The position numbers were made by a program, and so were the translations under genes. The notes beneath the pieces were generated by a model that did no database searches, was not told the origin of the DNA, and was given only the letters and a program-made list of their open reading frames with translations. Positions 1 to 9,215 of a DNA stretch of 64,000 nt are shown here, piece by piece. The first letter of the stretch is position 1. Each line of letters starts with the position of its first letter. The stretch comes from an uncultured Bacilli bacterium (GTDB taxonomy: Bacteria; Bacillota_I; Bacilli_A; RF39; UBA660). Where the stretch lies: the NCBI GenBank assembly GCA_910583685.1, contig CAJTXY010000001.1, positions 4,755 to 68,754 of the forward strand, in the 5' to 3' direction.

Positions 1-661
1 CCACTAATAAGCCCTCTATTTGCATAAACTGATGAGAGTGTGTTGCATCATCATCATCTCGTCGATATGTTTTTCCTGGACAAATCATTCGTATAGGTAT
101 TTCTCCTTTTCCCTCTAACATTGTTCTTACTTGTACTGGGGAGGTTTGACTACGAAGTAGTATTTCTTCTCCTTCTAAATAAAAGGTATCTTGTGCATCT
201 CTTGCAGGATGGCCTTTTGGTATATTTAACATTTCGAAATTGTATTTGTCATACTCGATTTCTGGCCCATCTACTACATCATAGCCCATTGACATAAATA
301 CCTCTTCTACTTCTTCTATTAACTTTTCTAAAATGTTGGGAGATCCTGTTGGTATTTTTGTGGCAGGAAGATTAATATCTAGTGCTTCTTTCGCAAGTTT
401 TTCATTTAGGATTGCCTCTTCTAACTCATTCTTCTTCTCTTCATAAAACTCAGTAAAAAGATTTCTCACCTCATTTACTTTTTGTCCAAATTCACGCTTT
501 TCCTCGTTTGGAATATTACGAATTTCTGCATTCAACTCTGAAATAAGTCCTTTTTTTCCAAGGTATTTTACCTTTAAATCATTTACCTCTTTTAAATCAT
601 TAATGCTATTTTTATCAATTTCAATTAGCTGTTTAATTTCATCAAATTTCTTATTTTCCAC
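1..661 (-). CDS. pheS: Phenylalanine--tRNA ligase alpha subunit, N-terminal ~220 aa; the 3' end runs off the window
   Basis: Hand translation of the minus strand from GTG at 661-659 gives VENKKFDEIKQLIEID...MLNIPKGHPARDAQDTFYLEGEE...LRSQTSPVQVRTM..., which carries the PheS class II motifs. GGAGTG lies 7 nt upstream of the GTG. This ORF is absent from the supplied track because it has a non-ATG start and is truncated. Confidence 0.8.
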   Translation of the reverse strand, partial: MENKKFDEIKQLIEIDKNSINDLKEVNDLKVKYLGKKGLISELNAEIRNIPNEEKREFGQKVNEVRNLFTEFYEEKKNELEEAILNEKLAKEALDINLPATKIPTGSPNILEKLIEEVEEVFMSMGYDVVDGPEIEYDKYNFEMLNIPKGHPARDAQDTFYLEGEEILLRSQTSPVQVRTMLEGKGEIPIRMICPGKTYRRDDDDATHSHQFMQIEGLLV

Positions 662-930
662 AAGTTTTCACTCCTTTATCTTTCTATTTACTTCCTTTTG
701 CCCTTACAAATAGCAATTAAAAAAACTATAAATTTAAGGACGGATTTCTCCGCGGTACCACCTTAATTTATAGTTATTACTATACACTTAAATCTTTTAA
801 CGCAAGAATTACGCTTACTATTAATAAGGACTCCTAAGACGAATTCATAAACTATCTTTCCTTGTTTTCACCAGCCACAAGGTCTCTTAAAAAGAATTAT
901 TTACTACTACTTCTTAATCAACATCGATAT
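662..930 (-). promoter_or_regulatory. T-box riboswitch leader upstream of pheS
   Basis: The minus strand reads AATTAAGGTGGTACCGCGG at 768..751, a near-perfect T-box consensus (AGGGUGGNACCGCG). It is followed by a short hairpin (CGGAGAAATCCG) and a T-run (TTTATAGTTTTTTT) about 60 nt before the pheS start, consistent with a terminator/antiterminator. pheS/pheT are classic T-box-regulated genes in Firmicutes. Confidence 0.6.
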
Positions 931-934
931 GCTT

Positions 935-963
935 ATTTTAACATATTTTCTTTCTTTTGTCAT
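935..963 (-). promoter_or_regulatory. Putative sigma-A promoter for the T-box leader and pheS
   Basis: The minus strand reads ATGACA, then 17 nt, then TAAAAT, immediately downstream of the frr stop. Confidence 0.35.
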
Positions 964-969
964 TACTTT

Positions 970-1524
970 TTATACTGTTAATAAATCTTGTTCTTTTACT
1001 TTTAACATTTCTTCTATTTTTTTGTTATATGTATTTACTAGATCTTGAATTTCTTTTTCCATTCCTTTTTCTATGTCTTCTGGCAACTCTTCCTTTTCTA
1101 ATTTTTCAATGGCCTCATGACGAATATTACGAACGCTCACTTTTCCTTCTTCGCTCATTGCTTTTACTTGTTTTGTTAATTCTTTTCGTCTTTCTTCTGT
1201 TAATGGTGGGATGACAATTCTGATTGTTTCTCCATCATTACTAGGATTATATCCTAAATTTGCAGCAATGATTCCCTTTTCAATAGCAGCAAGACAACTT
1301 TTATCAAATGGCTTAATTAATAACTGATTTCCCTCTGGTACAGATATTGTAGTTAATTGTTTCAGTGGTGTCATACTTCCATAGTAATCTACCATAACAC
1401 CGTCAAGGCTTGATGGATTAGCACGTCCTGCACGCACCGTTGCAAATTTCTTTTCTAAAGCTTCTATTGTTTTATCAAATTTTTCAATACTTTCTGGAAT
1501 AATTTTATTTTCCATCGCATTCAC
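970..1524 (-). CDS. frr: Ribosome recycling factor
   Basis: Full-length RRF-like sequence (ATVRAGRANPSSLDGVMVDYYGSMTPLKQL...TEERRKELTKQVK), 184 aa. Confidence 0.9.
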   Translation of the reverse strand: MNAMENKIIPESIEKFDKTIEALEKKFATVRAGRANPSSLDGVMVDYYGSMTPLKQLTTISVPEGNQLLIKPFDKSCLAAIEKGIIAANLGYNPSNDGETIRIVIPPLTEERRKELTKQVKAMSEEGKVSVRNIRHEAIEKLEKEELPEDIEKGMEKEIQDLVNTYNKKIEEMLKVKEQDLLTV

Positions 1525-1582
1525 TCTCCCTTGTTATCATTATATTATAAGTTTATGAGAATGAAAAGAAATATTTTATTTT

Positions 1583-1614
1583 AAAGTAGAAAAGGAAGCT
1601 TAACTTGCTTCCTT
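1583..1614 (-). terminator. Putative intrinsic terminator overlapping the stop of the lipoprotein gene
   Basis: 8-bp stem AAGGAAGC/GCTTCCTT with a 7-nt loop. It is followed on the minus strand by TTTTCTACTTTAAAATAAAAT. Confidence 0.4.
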
Positions 1615-2145
1615 CTTTTGATATTTTTTTATTAATTCTATATATTTTTCTTGCAATTTCTTTCGTTCCTTTGCTGTAAATCCCTCTTCATTACCTTTGG
1701 TAATTTTCTCATAATCCAAGCTGTAAGAGACAATTTTCCCATCTCTTATAAAAAATAAAGCTGGTGTTTTTAAAGTCTCATCTTCTTTTAAAGCTGGTGT
1801 TATTTTCTTTATTAAATTCTTATATTTCTGAGGCTGCTTTTTTCTTGCTATCTTTAAATTAATGTAAGAAACTTTTTCTACTTTGGTCTTTTTTAGTGCT
1901 TCATTTAATACTTTCGCAGATAATCTTGACCATTCCTCATCTGGGTTTCCTAAAAAAAACATACCATTTCCCTCTGTAAAAATCGTAAGGGATTTTTCTA
2001 TTGAAATATAATGAAAAGGATTGTTTTTGCTTATGTTATACTCAATTGCAAATTTTTCGGCATCTGTTTGCTCCTCTATCTTTTGGATGGAGCAGCCTGT
2101 AATACAAAATGTCATTATTAGGAAAAGTACTGCTTTTTTCATCAC
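1600..2145 (-). CDS. Lipoprotein of unknown function, possibly a thioredoxin-like fold without a CXXC motif. It sits where pyrH normally lies between tsf and frr.
   Basis: Signal peptide plus lipobox (LIMTFCITGC|S). The C-terminal region (TPALFFIRDGKIV) resembles the thioredoxin-fold strand motif, but no catalytic cysteines are present. Confidence 0.45.
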   Translation of the reverse strand: MMKKAVLFLIMTFCITGCSIQKIEEQTDAEKFAIEYNISKNNPFHYISIEKSLTIFTEGNGMFFLGNPDEEWSRLSAKVLNEALKKTKVEKVSYINLKIARKKQPQKYKNLIKKITPALKEDETLKTPALFFIRDGKIVSYSLDYEKITKGNEEGFTAKERKKLQEKYIELIKKYQKKEAS

Positions 2146-2156
2146 TTCTCCAACAA

Positions 2157-3029
2157 TTAACCATTGATTTGATTCATCACTTCATCAGCAAAGTTTTCTT
2201 CTTTTTTCTCAATTCCTTCACCAACAGCGAAACGTGTCATAGATACGATTTCTCCGCCGTTATTCTTCACAAACTCACTAACAGTTACTGAAGTATCTTT
2301 GATAAACTCTTGTTCTTCTAAGCAAGATTCCTTATAGAATTTATTAATTCTTCCTGCAACCATTTTTTCGGCAATCTCTTCTGGTTTCCCTTCATTCATT
2401 ACTTGTTCTTTTATCACTTTCTTTTCATGCTCTAATACGTCTTCTGGCATTTCATCACGACGTGCACAAATTGGGTTCATTGCTGCAACGTGCATTGCAA
2501 CATCTTTGGCAACTTCTTCTGTTGCATTTTGTGTTACAACTAAAGTTGCAATTCTTCCTCCCATATGTAAGTATGGTCCAAATTGCTCGTTTTCTTGTTT
2601 TTGTACTTTTACAAAACGACGGAAACTGATTTTTTCTCCAATTTTTGCAGTAAGAGCCACTAATTTTTGCTCTAATGTCTCTCCAGCATCCTCTATTTTT
2701 AAAACTTCTTCTACTGTATTGGCATTGTTTTTTAAGATCAATGTTGCTAAATAATCTACAAAGTTTACAAATTCTTCATTTTTAGCTACAAAGTCTGTTT
2801 CAGAGTTTACTTCTAATACTACTGCTGTATTTTCTTCTGTTTTAATTGCACATAACCCTTCTGCTGCAATTCTTGACTCTTTTTTTGCTGCTTTGGCAAT
2901 TCCTTTTTCTCTTAACCAATCAATAGCAGCTTCCATTTGTCCTTCTGTTGCTTCCAATGCTTTTTTACAATCAAGCATTCCAGCCCCTGTTTTTTCTCTT
3001 AATTCTTTTACATCACTTGCTTTAAACAT
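2157..3029 (-). CDS. tsf: Elongation factor Ts
   Basis: The N-terminal MFKASDVKELREKTGAGMLDCKKAL is a classic EF-Ts UBA-like start. 290 aa. Confidence 0.9.
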   Translation of the reverse strand: MFKASDVKELREKTGAGMLDCKKALEATEGQMEAAIDWLREKGIAKAAKKESRIAAEGLCAIKTEENTAVVLEVNSETDFVAKNEEFVNFVDYLATLILKNNANTVEEVLKIEDAGETLEQKLVALTAKIGEKISFRRFVKVQKQENEQFGPYLHMGGRIATLVVTQNATEEVAKDVAMHVAAMNPICARRDEMPEDVLEHEKKVIKEQVMNEGKPEEIAEKMVAGRINKFYKESCLEEQEFIKDTSVTVSEFVKNNGGEIVSMTRFAVGEGIEKKEENFADEVMNQING

Positions 3030-3099
3030 AGTAATCCTCCTCTTTCATTTTCGTTTTCGTTTTATTCAAAAAAAGGGTGTATACCTACCACCCTCCTTT

Positions 3100-4035
3100 T
3101 TATCTTAATGCATCAATTAGTTCTTGCTTTTTCATTGTAGAGTATCCCTTAACTTCTTTTTCTTTTGCTATCTTTTTTAAATCTGCTAAAGTCATACTCT
3201 CTAAGTCAGTTGTTTCCTCTTTTACTTCTGCTGGTTCTTCTTTTTTTACTTCTTCTTTTGTTGTTTCTTGAGCTACTACTGCTTTTTCTTCCTTTTTTGC
3301 TTCTTTCTTAGTTGCTTTTTGTTTATCTTCTTCTGTTACATAGTCAATTACTTCATTTCCATTTACTTCGGCAATCGCATTTGTAAGAGAACCGATAATT
3401 AGTTTTACAGCACGAACCGCATCGTCATTTCCTGGAATTACATAATCTACTACATCAGGATCACAGTTTGTATCTACAATACCGAATACTGGAATTCCTA
3501 AAATATGTGCCTCTTTAATGGCGATATCTTCTTTTCTAGGATCTACAATTACTAATGCTTGAGGAAGTTTCTTCATTTCGCGAATTCCTCTTAAGTTACG
3601 ATTTAATTTTTCGTATTCTTTTTTAATTTTAATTACTTCTTTTTTAGGTAGTAAATCAAAAGTTCCGTCAGACTCCATTTTATCGATTTCATCCATTCTT
3701 CTAACACGAGAACGAATTGTTTTAAAGTTTGTTAGTGTTCCTCCTAACCATCTTTCGTTTACAAAATACATATTTGTTCTAACAGCGGCCTCTTCACAAG
3801 CTTCTTGTGCTTGTTTTTTTGTTCCAACAAATAGGAATTTACCACCATCTTCCGCAATTTTTTTCATTGCTTCATATGCTTCTTCTAGTTTTTTTACTGT
3901 TTTTTGTAAATCGATAATATAAATATCATCTCTAGTTGTATAGATGTATTCCTTCATTTTAGGATTCCATCTTCTTTTTTGGTGTCCAAAATGTACACCT
4001 GATTCTAATAAATAATTCATTGATACAATTGTCAT
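3100..4035 (-). CDS. rpsB: 30S ribosomal protein S2 with a roughly 100-aa Lys/Glu-rich C-terminal extension ending in a Rho_N-like module
   Basis: [27 protein letters not shown] is a canonical S2 N-terminus. The start is set at the ATG preceded by AAAGGAG (9-nt spacer). The track ORF begins 23 codons further upstream. The C-terminal tail reads ...[34 protein letters not shown]. Confidence 0.9.
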   Translation of the reverse strand: MTIVSMNYLLESGVHFGHQKRRWNPKMKEYIYTTRDDIYIIDLQKTVKKLEEAYEAMKKIAEDGGKFLFVGTKKQAQEACEEAAVRTNMYFVNERWLGGTLTNFKTIRSRVRRMDEIDKMESDGTFDLLPKKEVIKIKKEYEKLNRNLRGIREMKKLPQALVIVDPRKEDIAIKEAHILGIPVFGIVDTNCDPDVVDYVIPGNDDAVRAVKLIIGSLTNAIAEVNGNEVIDYVTEEDKQKATKKEAKKEEKAVVAQETTKEEVKKEEPAEVKEETTDLESMTLADLKKIAKEKEVKGYSTMKKQELIDALR

Positions 4036-4125
4036 ATCTAAAATTCTCCTTTTCGTTTTTCTTCTATTAGCTTCTAATAAATGCCACCCGTAGGCACTAG
4101 GCATTTAAATTCACCAATATGTTTA

Positions 4126-4716
4126 TTATTTTAAAGCTTCAATTAATTCCGCTTTTTTCATTGTAGTTGCCCCTTTAATTCCTTGTGCTTTTGCTGCTTC
4201 TTTTAACTCGGCAACTGACATCTTGCTGTAATCAGTAGTTGTTGATTCTTTTTTTGCTGCTTTTTTGCTTTCTTTTTTATCATCCTTGATAGTCTCTTTT
4301 TTCGCACCACCTTGGATTGTTACTTCTGCTAATTGTGCAACTTCTTTTTTGCTAATTTTTCCTTCTTTTCCATCTTTTGCAATTTTTACAAATTCTGAAA
4401 ACATCTTTGGATCATTGATTGCAATTTCTGATAACATCTTACGGTTTACTTCCACACCTGCTTTTGTTAATCCTTCAATAAATCTAGAATAACTAATTCC
4501 GTTTTCACGGCATGCAGCGTTAATTCTAGTAATCCATAATTTTCTGAACTCTCTTTTCTTTTGTTTACGGTCACGATAAGCATATTGTCCTGAATGCATT
4601 AATTGTTCTTTTGCTGTTTTATATAGTCTATGCTTACTTCCAAAATAACCTTTGGCTTGTTTTAATACTTTTTTATGACGAGCTTTTGTAACTGCTCCAT
4701 TTTTTACTCTTGCCAT
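4126..4716 (-). CDS. rplT: 50S ribosomal protein L20 with a roughly 75-aa C-terminal extension ending in a Rho_N-like module
   Basis: [26 protein letters not shown]...RLYK is a canonical L20. The tail reads ...[35 protein letters not shown]. Confidence 0.9.
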   Translation of the reverse strand: MARVKNGAVTKARHKKVLKQAKGYFGSKHRLYKTAKEQLMHSGQYAYRDRKQKKREFRKLWITRINAACRENGISYSRFIEGLTKAGVEVNRKMLSEIAINDPKMFSEFVKIAKDGKEGKISKKEVAQLAEVTIQGGAKKETIKDDKKESKKAAKKESTTTDYSKMSVAELKEAAKAQGIKGATTMKKAELIEALK

Positions 4717-4734
4717 TTTATACTCCTCCTTTTA

Positions 4735-4926
4735 TTATTTAATAATATTTTGTAAACGATTTTGATCTGCTTTACTTAAAGTAGACCCTTTTCTATTTTT
4801 ACGATTGATGGCACTTGATTTTTTACCTGTATTATGACGGCTACCTGGTCTACCAATACTGATGGTTCCACCTTTTCTCACCTTTAGAACTTTCTTTGTT
4901 CCTTTATGTGTTTTCATTTTTGGCAT
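4735..4926 (-). CDS. rpmI: 50S ribosomal protein L35
   Basis: MPKMKTHKGTKKVLKVRKGG..., 63 aa. Confidence 0.85.
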   Translation of the reverse strand: MPKMKTHKGTKKVLKVRKGGTISIGRPGSRHNTGKKSSAINRKNRKGSTLSKADQNRLQNIIK

Positions 4927-4941
4927 ACTTATTTCCTCCTA

Positions 4942-5475
4942 CTATTTTTCTTTTTTAGGCACTAATACACAAGACATTACTCTACCATCCAACTTTGGTT
5001 GCTGGTCAATATCGGCATAGTCTTTTGTTTTTTCAATAAAACGCATAATAACTTCACGACCTAATTCTGTATGAGCCATTTGTCGTCCTTTAAAGCGTAC
5101 AGTTAATTTAATGCGATCTCCTTTTTGCAAGTACTTTAGTGCATTTCTAAGCTTTGTCTCAAAATCTCCAATATCAATTGTCGGAGACAAACGATACTCT
5201 TTTAATTCAGACATATTGGCACGTTGACGTTTTAATGCCTCTTTTTCCTTTTTTTGCTTCTCATAACGATATTTGTTATAATCCATTACTTTACAAACAG
5301 GTGGCGTGGCATTCGGACTGATCAGAACTAAATCAAGAGATGCATATTGGGCTAATGTTAAGGCATCATTGATACTCTTGATACCAACTTGTTCTCCATT
5401 TGGTCCTATTACTAATACTTCTCTTGCTTTGATTTGCTCGTTAATCATCATGTTATTTTTATTGTTTGCGATAAT
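4942..5475 (-). CDS. infC: Translation initiation factor IF-3, with a probable non-canonical AUU/AUC start
   Basis: ...INEQIKAREVLVIGPNGEQVGIKSINDALTLAQYASLDLVLISPNATPPVCKVMDYNKYRYEKQKK is IF-3. The track ATG at 5487 is immediately followed by GGAGGTG (a strong SD) and then ATT (5475-5473) / ATC (5472-5470). This fits the conserved AUU-start autoregulation of infC. The 5' end is uncertain by about 15 nt. Confidence 0.8.
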   Translation of the reverse strand: MIANNKNNMMINEQIKAREVLVIGPNGEQVGIKSINDALTLAQYASLDLVLISPNATPPVCKVMDYNKYRYEKQKKEKEALKRQRANMSELKEYRLSPTIDIGDFETKLRNALKYLQKGDRIKLTVRFKGRQMAHTELGREVIMRFIEKTKDYADIDQQPKLDGRVMSCVLVPKKEK

Positions 5476-5680
5476 TAACACCTCCATAAATTAAGAAAAG
5501 TGAATACAATCATTATATCCACTTTAAAAACCAATATAAAATTTTATATTTTTTGGCTTTTAACCTACCACTATTCGCGGTCAGGTGGATATAAACATCT
5601 CTTTCCTTTTCTCGACTGTTATAAGTATATGAAAAAAACTTGAAAAAGTCAACTCTTTTTTTACTTATATAAATTTTTCT

Positions 5681-5710
5681 ATATAAAAAGTCTAAGAAAG
5701 CGTCTTAGAC
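5681..5710 (-). terminator. Leader terminator/attenuator hairpin in the infC 5' leader
   Basis: Perfect 8-bp stem GTCTAAGA/TCTTAGAC with a 5-nt loop. It is followed on the minus strand by TTTTTATATAG. It lies about 200 nt upstream of infC, as in the L20-regulated attenuator of Bacillus. Confidence 0.5.
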
Positions 5711-5840
5711 TAACGATAAAACCTGTCCTTACGTACAGGTGGGTGCCCCGTGATAAGCCTTTAGGATTCCTACGAACTGTAGGCGTTCAACACCAGCAAA
5801 TCATTCCCGGCTCCCTTATCGTCAATTTAGTCGGTTTTAT
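5711..5840 (-). promoter_or_regulatory. Structured GC-rich RNA leader, putative L20-binding leader of the infC-rpmI-rplT operon
   Basis: A GC-rich island in an AT-rich intergenic region with several nested helices (ACCTGT...ACAGGT, CCTAC...GTAGG, and long-range GATAAG...CTTATC). Position and orientation match the Firmicutes L20 leader. The primary sequence could not be matched to a covariance model by eye. Confidence 0.45.
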
Positions 5841-5972
5841 ATTAAGTCTGTTCGCATTTCTTAGACATTTTTAGTATACCATAACTATTATAAAAAATAC
5901 AATGATATTTTACAGTTTTATAAATTTACTTTCTAATGAACAGATCATTTGCTTTTACATAGATTACTATAG

Positions 5973-6740
5973 GTGATTGTTATGTATTATAAAAATAATG
6001 ATATGACTTTATACTATAGAAAATATGGTTGTGCAAAGGATGTTATTGTCATTCTACCTGGTTGGGGTGATACTAGACATACTTTTGATTTCTTGGTTTC
6101 TTATTTGGCAAAAGATTACACTGTTTACATTTTCGATTATCCTGGTTTTGGCAAAAGTACTTTCCCAGGAGAAGATCTTACTATTTATCATTATGGTATA
6201 TTCTTCCAAGATTTTCTAAAGGCTAAGAATATTAAAAATCCCATTATTATTGGCCACTCTTTTGGCGGTAGAATTGCTATTTTACTAGCAGGTCTTTACA
6301 AAGTGAATTGTAAAAAAATCATTTTGATAGATGCTGCTGGGATTAAACCTCATAAAGGTATTTTGAAACTTATTCGTCAAACTGTCTACAAAGTTCTCAA
6401 ACGTTTAAAATATCTACTTCCTAATAAGATAAGAGATCGTTATCAAAAATGGTTATTAAAAAAGTTTTCATCCGCAGATTATCAGGCCTTGCCACCACAA
6501 ATGATGAAGACATTTCGGAATATAATCCAAGAAGATTTAAAAGGGTATCTTAAAAGTGTGGAGGCAGAAGTTTTGCTAATTTGGGGGGAATATGATTGTG
6601 ATACTCCACTTTCTGATGGATGCTATATGGCAAAAAAAATTCCAGATGCTGCACTTATTTGTGTTCGCAAAGCTTCTCACTATAGCTATTTAGAACAGCC
6701 TCTTTACGTCTTGCGAATTATAAAGCAATTTATAAAATAA
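5973..6740 (+). CDS. Alpha/beta-hydrolase fold protein (esterase/lipase-like)
   Basis: Nucleophile-elbow motif GHSFGG and an alpha/beta-hydrolase-like length and layout. The start may be the internal Met (MTLYYRKYG). Confidence 0.6.
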   Translation: MIVMYYKNNDMTLYYRKYGCAKDVIVILPGWGDTRHTFDFLVSYLAKDYTVYIFDYPGFGKSTFPGEDLTIYHYGIFFQDFLKAKNIKNPIIIGHSFGGRIAILLAGLYKVNCKKIILIDAAGIKPHKGILKLIRQTVYKVLKRLKYLLPNKIRDRYQKWLLKKFSSADYQALPPQMMKTFRNIIQEDLKGYLKSVEAEVLLIWGEYDCDTPLSDGCYMAKKIPDAALICVRKASHYSYLEQPLYVLRIIKQFIK

Positions 6741-6762
6741 AAAAAGAGCTACTCTGCTCTTT
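6733..6762. terminator. Bidirectional intrinsic terminator between the convergent hydrolase gene and ftsZ
   Basis: 7-bp stem AAAGAGC/GCTCTTT with a 6-nt loop. An A-run lies on the plus side and a T-run (TTTTTATTTTA) on the minus side. It overlaps the ftsZ stop codon. Confidence 0.5.
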
Positions 6763-7903
6763 AGTAGTTCCTATCTCTTAGGAATGGTGGTAAGTCATAA
6801 TCTCCATCATTATCATCGTTTGTAGTATCTTCTACAACTTCGGTTGTTGTAACATAACTTGGTTCTGGTTCTACACGAGTTGCTCTTCGAGGTTGTTGAA
6901 CGTTAGAATATACTGGTTGTTGCACCGCTTCTGGTGCTTTTTGTTTAAGACGAGCATTTTTATCAAAACCAGTAGCAATTACTGTTACGATAACTTCGTC
7001 TGATAAGTTTTCATTGATTACAGATCCAAAAATTGTATTAATATCGGTATTGGATGCGGAACGAACTACTTCTGCTGCTTGTTCTGCTTCAAATAAAGTT
7101 AGGTTTACTCCTCCCGTAATATTAATAATAGCATCTGTGGCACCATTTATTGATGTTTCTAATAATGGTGATGATACTGCCTGTTTTGCTGCTTCTATGG
7201 CTCTATCTTCTCCCATTCCTATACCAATTCCAATAATAGCATTTCCAGAATCCTTCATTACCGCTTTTACATCGGCAAAGTCAAGGTTGACAAGTCCTAC
7301 TACTGCAATTAAATCAGAGATTGACTGTACACCACGTCGAAGTACATTATCTACTTCTTTAAAGGCTTCTAACATTGGTGTTGTTTTGTCAATAATTTCT
7401 CTTAGACGATCATTTGGAATAATAATCAATGTATCTACGTGTTTTCTTAGCTCATCAATTCCGGCAATTGCATTCTGCATTCTTTTCTTACCTTCAAATG
7501 AGAATGGCTTTGTAACAATTGCTACTGTAAGGGCTCCTAATGCTTGTGCAATCTCTGCAACAACTGGTGCTGCTCCTGTCCCAGTTCCTCCACCCATTCC
7601 ACAAGTAACAAATACCATATCTGCACCTGTTAGAGCATCTTCAATCTCTTTTTTTGATTCTAGGGCTGCTTCTTTTCCAATTTCTGGTTTTGCCCCTGCT
7701 CCAAGTCCATCTGTAAGTGATGCACCAATTTGGATTTTTACATCAGCTTTCGAATTATTTAAAACTTGCAAATCTGTATTTGCAACAATAAATTCTACTC
7801 CTTTTACACCTGATTCTACCATTCTATTTACGGCATTTCCACCGCCACCACCAAGGCCAATTACTTTAATTTTGGCTAATTGATCCATTTCTAATCCATT
7901 CAT
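6761..7903 (-). CDS. ftsZ: Cell division GTPase FtsZ
   Basis: Tubulin signature [24 protein letters not shown], and a C-terminal conserved peptide (DLPPFLR). Confidence 0.95.
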   Translation of the reverse strand: MNGLEMDQLAKIKVIGLGGGGGNAVNRMVESGVKGVEFIVANTDLQVLNNSKADVKIQIGASLTDGLGAGAKPEIGKEAALESKKEIEDALTGADMVFVTCGMGGGTGTGAAPVVAEIAQALGALTVAIVTKPFSFEGKKRMQNAIAGIDELRKHVDTLIIIPNDRLREIIDKTTPMLEAFKEVDNVLRRGVQSISDLIAVVGLVNLDFADVKAVMKDSGNAIIGIGIGMGEDRAIEAAKQAVSSPLLETSINGATDAIINITGGVNLTLFEAEQAAEVVRSASNTDINTIFGSVINENLSDEVIVTVIATGFDKNARLKQKAPEAVQQPVYSNVQQPRRATRVEPEPSYVTTTEVVEDTTNDDNDGDYDLPPFLRDRNY

Positions 7904-7916
7904 ACCTTAATCCTCC

Positions 7917-9143
7917 TTAATTGTCAAAAAAATGTCCAAACACTTTATTGATAATATGTTCATTTGAAATTTCTTGTTTTTTTTCTTTTAACAATAAATC
8001 AGCATCACTTTCTGTAAACATACTCTTATGTTTTCCACGCAAACGCAATTTATCATCATAATACTTTAATACGCCTAAAACACTAGAATACTTATTATGT
8101 CTTACTCCAATTGTCGAGATGTTACAAACTTTTGCACTTCTTTCTAAAATATCTTCTACTGCATATTGAAATCCCGCGAGTTCGCTAAGACCTCCTGTTA
8201 TAATTATATAACGGATTTCTCTATTTGTTAAGGCCTTTAACTCTTTTTTTACAAGTTTTAGGATTTCATAAACACGTGATTCTACTACTCTTGATAGTTC
8301 GGTTTGTTCTATTTCTTTTTTTTCATCATCCATTGTCAATTCGTAAACATCATTGCTGTCTGCGTATCGCATTACTGCTGTTGCAAATTCTTCCTTCAGT
8401 TTTTTTGCTGTATTTTCTTCTATTTTGTAGACATATGCAATATCTTTATCTACAAAGCAGCTTCCTACTGGAACTTTTGTACTTTTTATCATAATTCCCT
8501 TATTAAAAACAGATACCGTACTTATTTCTTTTCCAATATTTACGATCGCCCCTACTTCACTATCGATACGCTCACTTCTTACTTCGAAATAGTCTCCAGT
8601 TGTATGAAAGGCAACATCTACTGCTTCTAGACCTGCTAATTTTACAACTTCTAATAATCGATATAATGGTTCCTTGGGTACTGTTGTAATTACTGCTTTC
8701 ATTTCTAAGGTGTCTCCGCTTAAGCCTTTTGGATCCTTTACCATTTCTTCTCCCACAGTAAAATGAATTGGCATTGCTGTGATTAACTCTTGATCTTCTT
8801 CAATTTTTCCTAGCAAGGCATCTTTTAGCACACGGTTTACATCTTCCCCTGTTACTTTTTTTTCTGCAAGCTCTACCTTTCCAGTGACAATGGTAATTGT
8901 TAAATCTTCTTCTGGCACACACACAATTGCTTTTTTCAAAGTCGCACCCAACATCTCTTCTGTTTCTAAGATGCATTTTTTCAGACTAGCAACTGCATCT
9001 TTGGTGTTTACAATTTGCCTTTTTTTGATTCCTGATGATGGATGTGATGAGGCAGCTAAGATGTGAAATTTCTTGTTCAGTTTATCTGCAACAACAATTT
9101 TTATACTATCTGAGCCCAAATCAATTCCAGTATATATTGTCCT
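7917..9143 (-). CDS. ftsA: Cell division protein FtsA
   Basis: IYTGIDLGSDSIKIVVAD... is an actin-like ATPase. The start is set at the ATG preceded by GGAAGGAG. Confidence 0.9.
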   Translation of the reverse strand, partial: RTIYTGIDLGSDSIKIVVADKLNKKFHILAASSHPSSGIKKRQIVNTKDAVASLKKCILETEEMLGATLKKAIVCVPEEDLTITIVTGKVELAEKKVTGEDVNRVLKDALLGKIEEDQELITAMPIHFTVGEEMVKDPKGLSGDTLEMKAVITTVPKEPLYRLLEVVKLAGLEAVDVAFHTTGDYFEVRSERIDSEVGAIVNIGKEISTVSVFNKGIMIKSTKVPVGSCFVDKDIAYVYKIEENTAKKLKEEFATAVMRYADSNDVYELTMDDEKKEIEQTELSRVVESRVYEILKLVKKELKALTNREIRYIIITGGLSELAGFQYAVEDILERSAKVCNISTIGVRHNKYSSVLGVLKYYDDKLRLRGKHKSMFTESDADLLLKEKKQEISNEHIINKVFGHFFDN

Positions 9144-9215
9144 CATCTCATCTTCTCCTTCCCTACTATCATAATTCATTATACTATAACTTTTTTACTT
9201 TTCAAAGTTTTTTGA

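Noticed and set aside
957-1214. 85-aa plus-strand ORF overlapping frr
   Set aside because: It is antisense to a conserved gene, with hydrophobic low-complexity sequence. It overlaps the T-box promoter region on the other strand. Spurious.
7014-7883. 289-aa ORF on the plus strand, antisense to ftsZ
   Set aside because: It is fully embedded antisense in a highly conserved gene. The Ser/Pro/Ala-rich translation is typical of the reverse frame of a Gly/Ala-rich gene. There is no RBS and no plausible function.
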